DNA from: Candidatus Omnitrophota bacterium
Lineage (GTDB): Bacteria > Omnitrophota > Gorgyraeia > Zapsychrales > JANLHA01
Direction: 5' to 3'
DNA length: 64,000 nt
Assembly: GCA_029560465.1 (NCBI GenBank)
Contig: JAKQKX010000102.1
Coordinates: forward strand, 4,601 to 68,600
Both the position numbers and the translations under genes were made by a program. This document shows, piece after piece, positions 1-8,315 of this stretch (position 1 is its first letter; each line of letters begins with the position of its first letter). The notes below the pieces were generated by a model. The model saw only the letters and a program-made list of their open reading frames with translations. It had not been told where the DNA came from and ran no database searches.

Positions 1-42
1 TGAAGATAATCAGAAAAACGTTTTCCCTTTTCACAGAACAAA

Positions 43-92
43 GGGACAGGCCATCCTCTTATGGGTTAAAAGCCATAAGCGCCGCCTGTCCC
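43..92 (-). terminator. Putative compound stem-loop (GGGACAGGC...GCCTGTCCC with an inner CTTATGG/CCATAAG pair) followed on the minus strand by TTTGTT; possible terminator for the 134..820 gene
   Basis: Inverted repeat read directly; only a short T-run follows. Confidence 0.3.
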
Positions 93-133
93 TTGAAACA
101 TCCTTGACCGTCCCCGAAAGAGCCGGGCCGGAA

Positions 134-820
134 TTATTCCACGACCGCGGGCGCTTTGCGCACGTTACGGATGCGCAACGCCTGGAGTGTCAGCCGCCCG
201 TCCTGGTTTTCCACCGCCACGTCCACACCCAGCAAATCGCCGCTGTCCGCGTCCTTGAATTCCCCCCGGCAGTTGTAAAAAATCCCCATCCGCCGCACTT
301 CCGCTTTCAGTTCAGTCAAGAGCAGGTTGCGCATCTTGGCCGCGTCCTCGTCAAACAGCATGATTTTGCCGTCACTGAACTGCCCCTGTTTCTCCAGGGC
401 CTTGAGCATGAACTCCCGGATTTCGTCGTCACTGTAAACCTTGTCCTTCAAAGACTCGTCCTTCTCGATCGCTTTAACAGATTTAATTTTAATCTCCCTG
501 GCTTTATAACCGTCGCCTTCGGCGGCCAGGACCACTTCGAGCGTCACGATATCGCCGTTGTTCATGTCCCGGTAATCCGCCAGGACCATGTACGCGCCGT
601 CCGCCCCGCTCACGTTGTCAGAAACGTTGATCCTCTGCAGGTTCCGGACCGCCTTAATGTCCGCATCATACATGTCCAGGGTCCCGCTCTGGATCGTCTT
701 CTCTCTTAACGCCGCCTGGGCCGCGTCCAAAACCGCGGCGTTATCAGCGGCGGGCAGGCGGCCGGCCATGGCCAGGACAAACGCCGCGCTCACGCAACAC
801 GCTATCAATTTCTTCATCAT
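134..820 (-). CDS. Hypothetical secreted or periplasmic protein with an N-terminal signal peptide
   Basis: 228-aa ORF with a hydrophobic N-terminus (MMKKLIACCVSAAFVLAMAG), tightly packed upstream of recO; no recognised catalytic motif. Confidence 0.55.
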   Translation of the reverse strand: MMKKLIACCVSAAFVLAMAGRLPAADNAAVLDAAQAALREKTIQSGTLDMYDADIKAVRNLQRINVSDNVSGADGAYMVLADYRDMNNGDIVTLEVVLAAEGDGYKAREIKIKSVKAIEKDESLKDKVYSDDEIREFMLKALEKQGQFSDGKIMLFDEDAAKMRNLLLTELKAEVRRMGIFYNCRGEFKDADSGDLLGVDVAVENQDGRLTLQALRIRNVRKAPAVVE

Positions 821-827
821 GTCTCCT

Positions 828-1577
828 TTACACAGACTGGGTTGTTAAAACGTATTTAGCGGATCTGATCTTTTTCCCCAGATGAAAGACCAGAAACATG
901 TTGAGGATATATTTTAACTCTTTTTGCACGATTGGGGAATACTTTAATCGCAGGCACCCCTCCCAGGCGCTGTTCTCCACGTGAAGGATCGACGCCACGG
1001 TCCCCTGGGAAATCATCCGTGCGTTGGGGTCAGGCGATGAGCACTGCGGGCAAATCAGCCCGCCTTCCAGAGGGCTGAACTTGACACGGCCGGAAATAGT
1101 CCGGCGGCATTTCAAACAGGCGTCCAGGTGAGGCCGGAAGCCCGAAAACGACAGCAGCTTGATCTGGAACACGTACACCAGCTGGTTGACATCCTCCGCC
1201 GTCTCGAGGGCCAGGAGGAAATCCCGCATCAGCCGGTAAATGTCGGGGTTAGGGGACTCAACCGGCATCACGACCGCGACGAGCTCCAGGATATAATTCG
1301 CCGCCAGGGATTTCTTGAGGTCCTCTCGGATGCCGGGGAAATAATGGCTCAAGTCGCACTGGCTCACCAGATGCAGGTCGGAATTGCGGTACTGATAATA
1401 CACGATATCGTTAATGGAAAACTTTTCCACGCTGGACCCGAACTTCTTATAATCCTTGCGGATCCCTTTCAGCACGCCGCTGACCTTGCCTTCGTCTTCC
1501 GTGAAAAAAGTCGCGATGCGGCTCGTTTCCCGGAAATCAAAAGATTTCAGCACAATCGCTTTTGTTTTAATAATCAT
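828..1577 (-). CDS. recO: DNA repair protein RecO
   Basis: N-terminal OB-fold-like start (MIIKTKAIVLKSFDFRETSRI), C-terminal CxxC...CxxC zinc motif, position upstream of ybeY; start taken at the internal Met (ORF extends to 1598). Confidence 0.8.
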   Translation of the reverse strand: MIIKTKAIVLKSFDFRETSRIATFFTEDEGKVSGVLKGIRKDYKKFGSSVEKFSINDIVYYQYRNSDLHLVSQCDLSHYFPGIREDLKKSLAANYILELVAVVMPVESPNPDIYRLMRDFLLALETAEDVNQLVYVFQIKLLSFSGFRPHLDACLKCRRTISGRVKFSPLEGGLICPQCSSPDPNARMISQGTVASILHVENSAWEGCLRLKYSPIVQKELKYILNMFLVFHLGKKIRSAKYVLTTQSV

Positions 1578-1606
1578 AAAGCCCCGTCCGCCACCCAAGC
1601 CGCGCG

Positions 1607-2089
1607 TCAGGCCGGCAGAAGCCGTTGTTTTTCCAGAAGCGCCATGACCTCCCGCTCTCTCGCCCTCATCTTTTTGACATCCGTTTCACCGTGATCATCA
1701 TACCCGCACAGGTGAAGGATCCCGTGCACGACGTATAAAATTGCTTCCCGGGCCGGCGTTGAATGATACGCCTTCGCCTGCCGGGCCGCAGTCATCGCCG
1801 ACACGATAATTTCGCCCTCCAGCCGTTTCCCCCGCGAGGCGGCCGCGCCCCGTTTCCGCGGGGCCTCCACCGGTTCCCGCAGGTCAAAAGCCAGTACGTC
1901 CGTCGGGCGGTCGTGCTTAAGATACCGTTTGTTCAGGGCTTTAATCTGGCTGTCGGTCACAAAGACAACCGAGAGTTCCGCCCGGGTCACGCCCTCCGCT
2001 TTAAGCACCGTCCGGATCAGGCGTAGGAGCAGATGGAGAGGCAGGAGAACTTTTTTCTGCTGATTTCTGATTTCGACTATCGTTGCCAT
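1607..2089 (-). CDS. ybeY: Endoribonuclease YbeY (rRNA maturation factor)
   Basis: HGxLHLxGYDH metal-binding motif (HGILHLCGYDDH); in the classic ybeZ-ybeY arrangement. Confidence 0.9.
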   Translation of the reverse strand: MATIVEIRNQQKKVLLPLHLLLRLIRTVLKAEGVTRAELSVVFVTDSQIKALNKRYLKHDRPTDVLAFDLREPVEAPRKRGAAASRGKRLEGEIIVSAMTAARQAKAYHSTPAREAILYVVHGILHLCGYDDHGETDVKKMRAREREVMALLEKQRLLPA

Positions 2090-3485
2090 TCTTTTTATCC
2101 GGGTACCTGACCCGGCTGTGGTACATCGCGCTCAAACCCCGGGTGAAGGCGAGGGCGATCAACTCAATTTCTTTAAGGGTCAAATCGCATTCGTCCAGCT
2201 GCCCGTCAATAAATTTATTGTTAATGATCTTGCGCACCGTCTCTTCAATCTTCTTCGGCGTGGGGTCTTCCACCGCCCGGGTGGCCGCTTCCGTCGAGTC
2301 GGCCAGAAGCACAATCGCCGTTTCCTTGGTCTGCGGCTTCGGGCCGGGGTAGCGGAAGGTGTCTTCCTTGACGGAATCCCGGCCTCCCGCGTCTTCCAGG
2401 GCGCGCTGATAAAAAAAGTACATGAGCCCGGTCCCGTGATGCTGCACGATAAAATCATGGATCTTGGGGTTCAGCTTATATTTCCGGGCCAGCTCCTGAC
2501 CTTCCTTGACGTGGTTCAGGATCACCAGTCGGCTGATGTTCGCCTCCAGCACGTCGTGCTTGTTCTCTCCCCCCCCCAGCTGATTTTCGGTAAAATATTC
2601 CGGCTTGAGCATTTTCCCGACATCGTGATAATACGCGCCGACCCGTGTCAAAAGCGCGTTGGCGCCGACCGCCTCGGCCGCGGCCTCGGCGATATTGCTC
2701 ACCACGAGGCTATGATGGTACGTGCCCGGAGCTTCCAGAATCAGGCGCTTTAACAGCGGCTGGTTAAAATCAGCCAGCTCCAGCAGGCTGAAATTGGTCA
2801 AGACCCCAAACCAGGTTTCAAATACTTTAAGCGTGGCCATCACCACAAAAGATGAGATCACACCGTTCAAAGCCAGGGGCCGGATGTATTTCAGAGCAAA
2901 GTCCGAGCTGACCAAAAGGTCGGTTTCGTGATGAAAAATCAAAAACGCAATAACCTGAATAATCCCCACGTAAAGACCCGAAGCCATGACGTGCCCGCGG
3001 GTGCGGGCGCCTTTCACCGTGTACACCGCGCTTAGGTTCCCGAGGAAAAGGATCAGCATGATATCCATCCCGGTGAAAAGCTCTCTGGTGTTGACGGCAT
3101 ACGGGTTATTGGTCAGCAGCAGGCTCGTGATCACGCTCGACACAAAAGCCATCAGGAACGCCAATTCCGCGTCATTATACAAAAGGATGACTAGCATCGA
3201 AAAACCGGCCACCGGGATAAACAAGGGCTGGATCACCGTGTGTTGCATGATGTAATTCGTGCCGGCGACGTTTAAAGATAACAGCAGCCCCAGCTGCAAA
3301 AACAGCCGGAAATCCGCTTTCCTTAAAAAGAAAATATGGACGCCCAGAAAAAGCAGCAAAAGCGGGATAATGAGGGAAAAGCCCACCACCTGGCAAAACA
3401 AAATCAGGAGGAGCAGGGTGAAAAACACCAGGGCCGCATCTTTAAAAGAAATATGTGTCTGGATAAATTCTTTCATACTTATCAA
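2001..3485 (-). CDS. Membrane HD/HDIG-domain phosphohydrolase (7TM receptor with intracellular HD domain, PgpH/YqfF-like)
   Basis: Multiple N-terminal TM helices followed by an HD domain (HHSLVVSN...YYHDVGK); the low-complexity C-terminal tail overlaps the ybeY start by 89 nt. Confidence 0.8.
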   Translation of the reverse strand: MISMKEFIQTHISFKDAALVFFTLLLLILFCQVVGFSLIIPLLLLFLGVHIFFLRKADFRLFLQLGLLLSLNVAGTNYIMQHTVIQPLFIPVAGFSMLVILLYNDAELAFLMAFVSSVITSLLLTNNPYAVNTRELFTGMDIMLILFLGNLSAVYTVKGARTRGHVMASGLYVGIIQVIAFLIFHHETDLLVSSDFALKYIRPLALNGVISSFVVMATLKVFETWFGVLTNFSLLELADFNQPLLKRLILEAPGTYHHSLVVSNIAEAAAEAVGANALLTRVGAYYHDVGKMLKPEYFTENQLGGGENKHDVLEANISRLVILNHVKEGQELARKYKLNPKIHDFIVQHHGTGLMYFFYQRALEDAGGRDSVKEDTFRYPGPKPQTKETAIVLLADSTEAATRAVEDPTPKKIEETVRKIINNKFIDGQLDECDLTLKEIELIALAFTRGLSAMYHSRVRYPDKKNGNDSRNQKSAEKSSPASPSAPTPDPDGA

Positions 3486-3504
3486 TCCCTAAAGCCGGGG
3501 AGAA

Positions 3505-4461
3505 TCAAGCGACGGCCCCGCTACGGCTGTACGCCTCGATAATCCTCTGCACCAATTCGTGGCGGACCACATCCGCGGAGGTCAGCTCGACGAATTTGAT
3601 CCCTTCGATCCCCTCCAAAATTTTGCGCGCGTGGACCAGGCCGATTTCCTTTCCCGGCGGCAGGTCGCTTTGCGTGATGTCCCCCGTGATCACGGTCTTG
3701 GAATCAAATCCCAGCCGGGTCAAAAACATTTTCATCTGGAAGGGCGTGCTGTTTTGGGCTTCGTCGAGGACAACGAACGCGTCGTTCAAGGTGCGGCCGC
3801 GCATAAACGCCAACGGCGCCACCTCGATAATCCCCTGTTCGGTGTATTGCTCCACTTTGGCGGGGTCCATCATGTCGTACAAGGCGTCATACAACGGGCG
3901 CAGATAAGGAAGGACTTTCTCGATCATGTCCCCGGGCAGGAAGCCGAGGCTCTCCCCGGCCTCGATCGCCGGGCGGGTCAGGATGATGCGGCGGACCAAC
4001 CCCTTCTTCAAAGCATTGACCGCCATGGCCATCGCCAGATAAGTTTTCCCAGTCCCCGCCGGGCCGACCCCGAAAACGATATCATAACGCTTGATCGCCT
4101 CGACGTACTCGATCTGGCCTTTGGTCTTGGGGGTGATCAAGCCCCCTTTGGTGGGGACTTCGATCTTCCCCTTGGAAAGGAGTTTGAGGTCCACGCCCTG
4201 TTCGGGCTTGCTTAACTGAAGGGCGTAGAAAATATCCCGTTTCTTCAGTTCCCGGCCGTCCGCGGCGATGCCGAGCAAGTAGTCCATAAGCTCGTGGACC
4301 TTCTGCACCTGGTCTTTCTTGCCGATCACCTTCAAGCCGCTGTCGTCCCGGACCAGGCGCACGTTCAGTTCATGCTCGATCAGCCGCAGGTTCTGATCAT
4401 ACTGGCCACAAAGGACCTGCATGTCCCGGATGCTGTTTAAATAGAAGATCTTTTCCATCAT
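3505..4461 (-). CDS. ybeZ: PhoH-like ATPase (PhoH/YbeZ)
   Basis: Walker A GPAGTGKTYLAMAMA; conserved partner of ybeY. Confidence 0.9.
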   Translation of the reverse strand: MMEKIFYLNSIRDMQVLCGQYDQNLRLIEHELNVRLVRDDSGLKVIGKKDQVQKVHELMDYLLGIAADGRELKKRDIFYALQLSKPEQGVDLKLLSKGKIEVPTKGGLITPKTKGQIEYVEAIKRYDIVFGVGPAGTGKTYLAMAMAVNALKKGLVRRIILTRPAIEAGESLGFLPGDMIEKVLPYLRPLYDALYDMMDPAKVEQYTEQGIIEVAPLAFMRGRTLNDAFVVLDEAQNSTPFQMKMFLTRLGFDSKTVITGDITQSDLPPGKEIGLVHARKILEGIEGIKFVELTSADVVRHELVQRIIEAYSRSGAVA

Positions 4462-5069
4462 TCAACAGGAATACGGATCGTCAACCCCGGCTTGATGCGG
4501 TTGGGATCCTTAATCTTGTCTTTGTTCGCTTCATAGATCTGCGGCCATTTCCGGTACGTGTCATAAAACTTCTTGGAGATCTTCTGCAGCGTGTCGTCCT
4601 TCTCTATCGTATATTCCGTGTAGCTGCCAGCGCGGGGCGCTTCCCGGCGAGGTTCCGGCTCTCTTCTTACCGGTTGTTCTTCGTCAAAATTCGGCAGCAC
4701 CACGGGCTCATATTTTTCTTCAACGGGCGGACGGCGCCGTTCCTGCCTGGGTGGCGGCGTGGAGGCCTGCGGGCGCGGCGGTGGCGGCGGCAGAAGAGGC
4801 TCGGCCATCTCTTCCGGCTCTTCCTCTTTTGTAAACTCTAAAACATGCATCTGCCGGGTCTTTTTATATTTGCTCCGGTCTTCCGGCACAGGGGTCCCAA
4901 AGATGTATCCGTAATTGCCCTCTTCCATGCTCTGGTCCACGCGTTCCTTCTCCATGACATACGCGCGCGTGCGGACCGAGCCCGTTCCGCTGCTAGCACA
5001 CCCGGCCAGGAACAGCACGACAATAAGAATACTTAGCCCATGATTTAATTTCTTGAACATTATGTCCAC
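4458..5069 (-). CDS. LysM-domain lipoprotein with a proline-rich linker
   Basis: Signal peptide plus lipobox-like LAGC; Pro-rich segment; C-terminal LysM (YTIEKDDTLQKISKKFY...IKPGLTIRIP). Confidence 0.7.
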   Translation of the reverse strand: MDIMFKKLNHGLSILIVVLFLAGCASSGTGSVRTRAYVMEKERVDQSMEEGNYGYIFGTPVPEDRSKYKKTRQMHVLEFTKEEEPEEMAEPLLPPPPPRPQASTPPPRQERRRPPVEEKYEPVVLPNFDEEQPVRREPEPRREAPRAGSYTEYTIEKDDTLQKISKKFYDTYRKWPQIYEANKDKIKDPNRIKPGLTIRIPVE

Positions 5070-5098
5070 CTCCTGGGTTTAACCTTTAAATGTTTGAA

Positions 5099-6496
5099 TT
5101 AGCGGTCTTGGTTAAGAGTCATAATGCTTAATTCAGCCAACTGACGTTTATCGACACTGGATGGGGCATCTGTGACCAGGCACGTGCCTTTCTGCGTTTT
5201 AGGGAAAGCAATGGTATCCCGGATGGAATCGAGCCCGGCCAAAAGGCTGACCAGCCTGTCGATGCCGTACGCGACTCCAGCATGGGGCGGCGCCCCGTAT
5301 TCAAATGCGCGCAACAGGAACCCGAAACGGTCCTCAATCTCCTCCGGCTGCAATCCAAGAATATCAAAAACTTTTTTCTGTATTTCCCGGCGGTGAATAC
5401 GCACCGAACCGCTTCCGATTTCGTTGCCGTTCAACACCAGGTCATAGGACATTGCCCTTATTTTATCATACTCATTGGTTTCAAGATAGCATAAGTCTTC
5501 TTCTTTCATGGAAGTAAACGGGTGGTGCTCGCTCTCCCAGCGCTGTTCCTCATCATTATATTTAAACATCGGGAAATCCACAACCCAAAGAAAAGCAAAT
5601 TCATCTTTCTCTTTATTTTTGCGGATGTCCGGCTTGTCCGACTGGTAAAGCCGCTTCGCCTCCGCGTGCGTCATGCGCGGAAACGGGACAGGCAGGTCGA
5701 GCCCCTTCACTTCCTTAAAAATATGACGGAACAACTCCTCGGTGATCGAAAAAATGTCTTCCGCGGTGACAAAAGACATTTCCATATCCAACTGGGTGAA
5801 TTCCAGCTGACGGTCGGCCCTGAGGTCTTCATCCCGGAAACATTTCACGATCTGGTAATACCGGTCGATCCCCGACACCATCAGCATCTGCTTAAACAGC
5901 TGGGGAGACTGCGGCAACGCGTAAAAATGTCCGGGGTTCAAACGGGCCGGGACCAAAAAATCCCTCGCCCCCTCCGGCGTCGACTTGGTCAAAACCGGCG
6001 TTTCCACATCCATAAAATCTTTGCCATGCAAAAAACTCCGAATGGCCACGCACAGGTTGTCCCTTAGTTTGAGGGCCTCCCTCAATTTGGGCCGGCGGAT
6101 ATCCAAATAACGGTAAGTCAGCCGAAGCTCTTCCGCGACGTCCGTCTGGTCATCGATTTCAAAGACCGGAATCTTGCTGGCGTTGAGGATCACGAGGTCT
6201 TCCGCGCACATTTCAATCCCGCCCGTCGGGATATCCGGGTTCACGTTTTTCGGCGGGCGCACGCCCACCTTCCCGGTGATCTGGATGACATATTCCGGCC
6301 CCAACTGCTGAGCCCGCTCGTGAGCCTGCGGGCTCACAGAGGGGACAAAAACAACTTGCGTGATCCCGTAACGGTCCCGGATATCAATAAAAATCAACTT
6401 CCCGTGATCGCGCCTCCGGTGCACCCATCCGCATAACGTCACGGTCTGATCCTTATGCTCTTTCCTTAACTCTCCGCACGTATGTGTTCTTAACAT
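5099..6496 (-). CDS. aspS: Aspartyl-tRNA synthetase, bacterial-type core lacking the GAD insertion domain
   Basis: N-terminal anticodon-binding OB fold; class II motifs (FRDEDLRADRQLEFTQLD, GAPPHAGVAYGIDRL); 465 aa, with the segment between SDKPD and WVVDFPMF collapsed to about 15 aa. Confidence 0.9.
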   Translation of the reverse strand: MLRTHTCGELRKEHKDQTVTLCGWVHRRRDHGKLIFIDIRDRYGITQVVFVPSVSPQAHERAQQLGPEYVIQITGKVGVRPPKNVNPDIPTGGIEMCAEDLVILNASKIPVFEIDDQTDVAEELRLTYRYLDIRRPKLREALKLRDNLCVAIRSFLHGKDFMDVETPVLTKSTPEGARDFLVPARLNPGHFYALPQSPQLFKQMLMVSGIDRYYQIVKCFRDEDLRADRQLEFTQLDMEMSFVTAEDIFSITEELFRHIFKEVKGLDLPVPFPRMTHAEAKRLYQSDKPDIRKNKEKDEFAFLWVVDFPMFKYNDEEQRWESEHHPFTSMKEEDLCYLETNEYDKIRAMSYDLVLNGNEIGSGSVRIHRREIQKKVFDILGLQPEEIEDRFGFLLRAFEYGAPPHAGVAYGIDRLVSLLAGLDSIRDTIAFPKTQKGTCLVTDAPSSVDKRQLAELSIMTLNQDR

Positions 6497-6516
6497 GATG
6501 GCTTCGCTGCCTTTCT

Positions 6517-7809
6517 TTAAGATAGTGCTCGGCGGACAACCTCCACGAGCTCTGAACTCGGGACGTCCTTCTGATCCCCCTGCGCCATGTCCTTGAGCGT
6601 CACAACGCCCCGTTGCCGTTCTTCTTCCCCAAAAATCAAAACCAGCCTCGCCCCGCTTTTTCCCGCCTGCCGCATCTGGCTCTTCATGGACGCCGGGCGG
6701 TACCCCATATCACAAGAGATCCCTGCCCCGCGCAAAGCGTGAAGAAACCGGAAGCCTTCTTCACAAGAGTTTTGGCCCAAGGCGATCATGTACACGTCCA
6801 TATTTTGCGGGGACGCCGGGGTTTTCTGTTCCGGCATCGCCAGCAGAAGCCTCTCGATCCCTAAGGCAAAGCCCATCGCGTCGACATCAACGCCTCCGAG
6901 CTCTTGAACAAGGGTGTTGTAACGCCCGCCGGCCCCAAGAGCGTCCTGGCTGCCCAAAGACGGGTCGGAAATTTCGAAAACCGTGTGCGTGTAATAATCC
7001 AGGCCCCTGACCATGGCCGGCGCGTGCACATAACGGACACCCAGACCGTCCAGGATACGGCAGACCTCCTGGAAGTACAGTCGGCTGGCGGGGGACAAAT
7101 GCGCGTCGCTGATATTAAGACGCTGAACAATGTTCTTGCAGCTTTTGTTCTTGCAGTCCAGGATGCGGAACACGTTCCGTTCATAACGGCTCCGGCAATC
7201 GTCACATAAAGTATCCAGAAAAGGTTGAAGCCCCGTCCGCAACGTCTCGGAAAAAGCTGCTTTGTCCTCCCGTGTCCCCAAAGAATTGATCTTCAGCTGA
7301 AAATCTTTTAACCCAAGGCGTTCCAGGATACGAACGCTAAGCGAAATCATCTCCGCGTCCAGATACGGGGAGCCGGATTGCGGGCCCATGGCCTCCACCC
7401 CAATCTGATGAAACTGCCGAAGACGGCCTTTTTGCGGCCTTTCGCCACGGAACATGGGGCCTATATAATATAATTTAGAAAGGGGTTCCACTTTATCAAA
7501 ATTATTTTCTATATAAGCCCTGGCAACAGCGGCCGTTCCTTCCGGGCGCAATGCCAGTCCGCTTAAAGCGATGCTTTCGTTCTCCCCTCCCTGGGCAGCT
7601 AACTGAAGCATCTGCTTCTGCACCACATCCGTAGTCGCCCCGATCGACCGGATAAAAAGCCCGGTTTCTTCAAAAACCGGTGTCCGTATTTCTTTATATC
7701 CGTATATGTGAAGGGTCTTTCTGACAACTATTTCCAGCGATTGCCAGATTCCTGTGTCAGCCGGCAGGATATCGGAGGTGCCTCTTGGAACAAAAAATTT
7801 CTTAACCAT
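6517..7809 (-). CDS. hisS: Histidyl-tRNA synthetase
   Basis: Class II HisRS motifs (YYIGPMFRGERPQKGRLRQFHQ, GGRY); adjacent to aspS. Confidence 0.9.
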   Translation of the reverse strand: MVKKFFVPRGTSDILPADTGIWQSLEIVVRKTLHIYGYKEIRTPVFEETGLFIRSIGATTDVVQKQMLQLAAQGGENESIALSGLALRPEGTAAVARAYIENNFDKVEPLSKLYYIGPMFRGERPQKGRLRQFHQIGVEAMGPQSGSPYLDAEMISLSVRILERLGLKDFQLKINSLGTREDKAAFSETLRTGLQPFLDTLCDDCRSRYERNVFRILDCKNKSCKNIVQRLNISDAHLSPASRLYFQEVCRILDGLGVRYVHAPAMVRGLDYYTHTVFEISDPSLGSQDALGAGGRYNTLVQELGGVDVDAMGFALGIERLLLAMPEQKTPASPQNMDVYMIALGQNSCEEGFRFLHALRGAGISCDMGYRPASMKSQMRQAGKSGARLVLIFGEEERQRGVVTLKDMAQGDQKDVPSSELVEVVRRALS

Positions 7810-7826
7810 AAGGTACTATTAATCTT

Positions 7827-7858
7827 AAAGGCGGAGGATATACAACCCTCCGCCCTTT
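7827..7858. terminator. GC-rich hairpin (AAAGGCGGAGG-loop-CCTCCGCCCTTT) between the HU gene and hisS; possible terminator
   Basis: Perfect 11-bp stem read in sequence; flanking T-runs are only 3 nt long. Confidence 0.35.
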
Positions 7859-7931
7859 AGATATGACTAAATATTATCTAAAGCGGCGCTTATAAATATA
7901 AGCGGCCAGATACTATGAATGCAAAAGGAAA

Positions 7932-8204
7932 CTACTTGATCCTCTGTTTCATCTCGAGGCCAGGTTTGAAAACTACGACTTTTCTCGGGGGAACGGGCAC
8001 GCTGTCCCCTGTGCGGGGATTGCGTCCAAAACGGGCCTTGCGTTCCTTCACCTTGAACACGCCGAAGTTACGTAATTCAACCTTCTCATTACGAACCAGG
8101 CTCTCAACGATCACATCGAAAGTCTTTTGGACGATCGTTTTGACATCCACCTGTTTGATCCCGGTCATGTCGGTTATTTTTAAAACGATATCCTTTTTGG
8201 TCAT
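7932..8204 (-). CDS. hup: HU/IHF-family nucleoid DNA-binding protein
   Basis: 90 aa; conserved beta-arm RNPRTGDSVPVPPRKVVVFKPG. Confidence 0.9.
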   Translation of the reverse strand: MTKKDIVLKITDMTGIKQVDVKTIVQKTFDVIVESLVRNEKVELRNFGVFKVKERKARFGRNPRTGDSVPVPPRKVVVFKPGLEMKQRIK

Positions 8205-8315
8205 TTAGTTCACCTCCTAATCCTAAGTATAGTACCAACATGAAGTTAGGATGTCAAGCACATTTTGCGCAGTAATTTTTATTAATATTAATAAATAAAT
8301 TTTAAAAATTACCAG

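Noticed and set aside
104-709. 201-aa plus-strand ORF
   Set aside because: Lies antisense to and fully overlapped by the minus-strand signal-peptide gene in a GC-rich region; no RBS or domain features; typical shadow ORF.
1128-2753. Several plus-strand ORFs (1128..1694, 1763..2026, 2118..2753) opposite recO/ybeY/HD gene
   Set aside because: Antisense to well-conserved genes with clear motifs; their products are low-complexity or Arg-rich, as expected for shadow ORFs.
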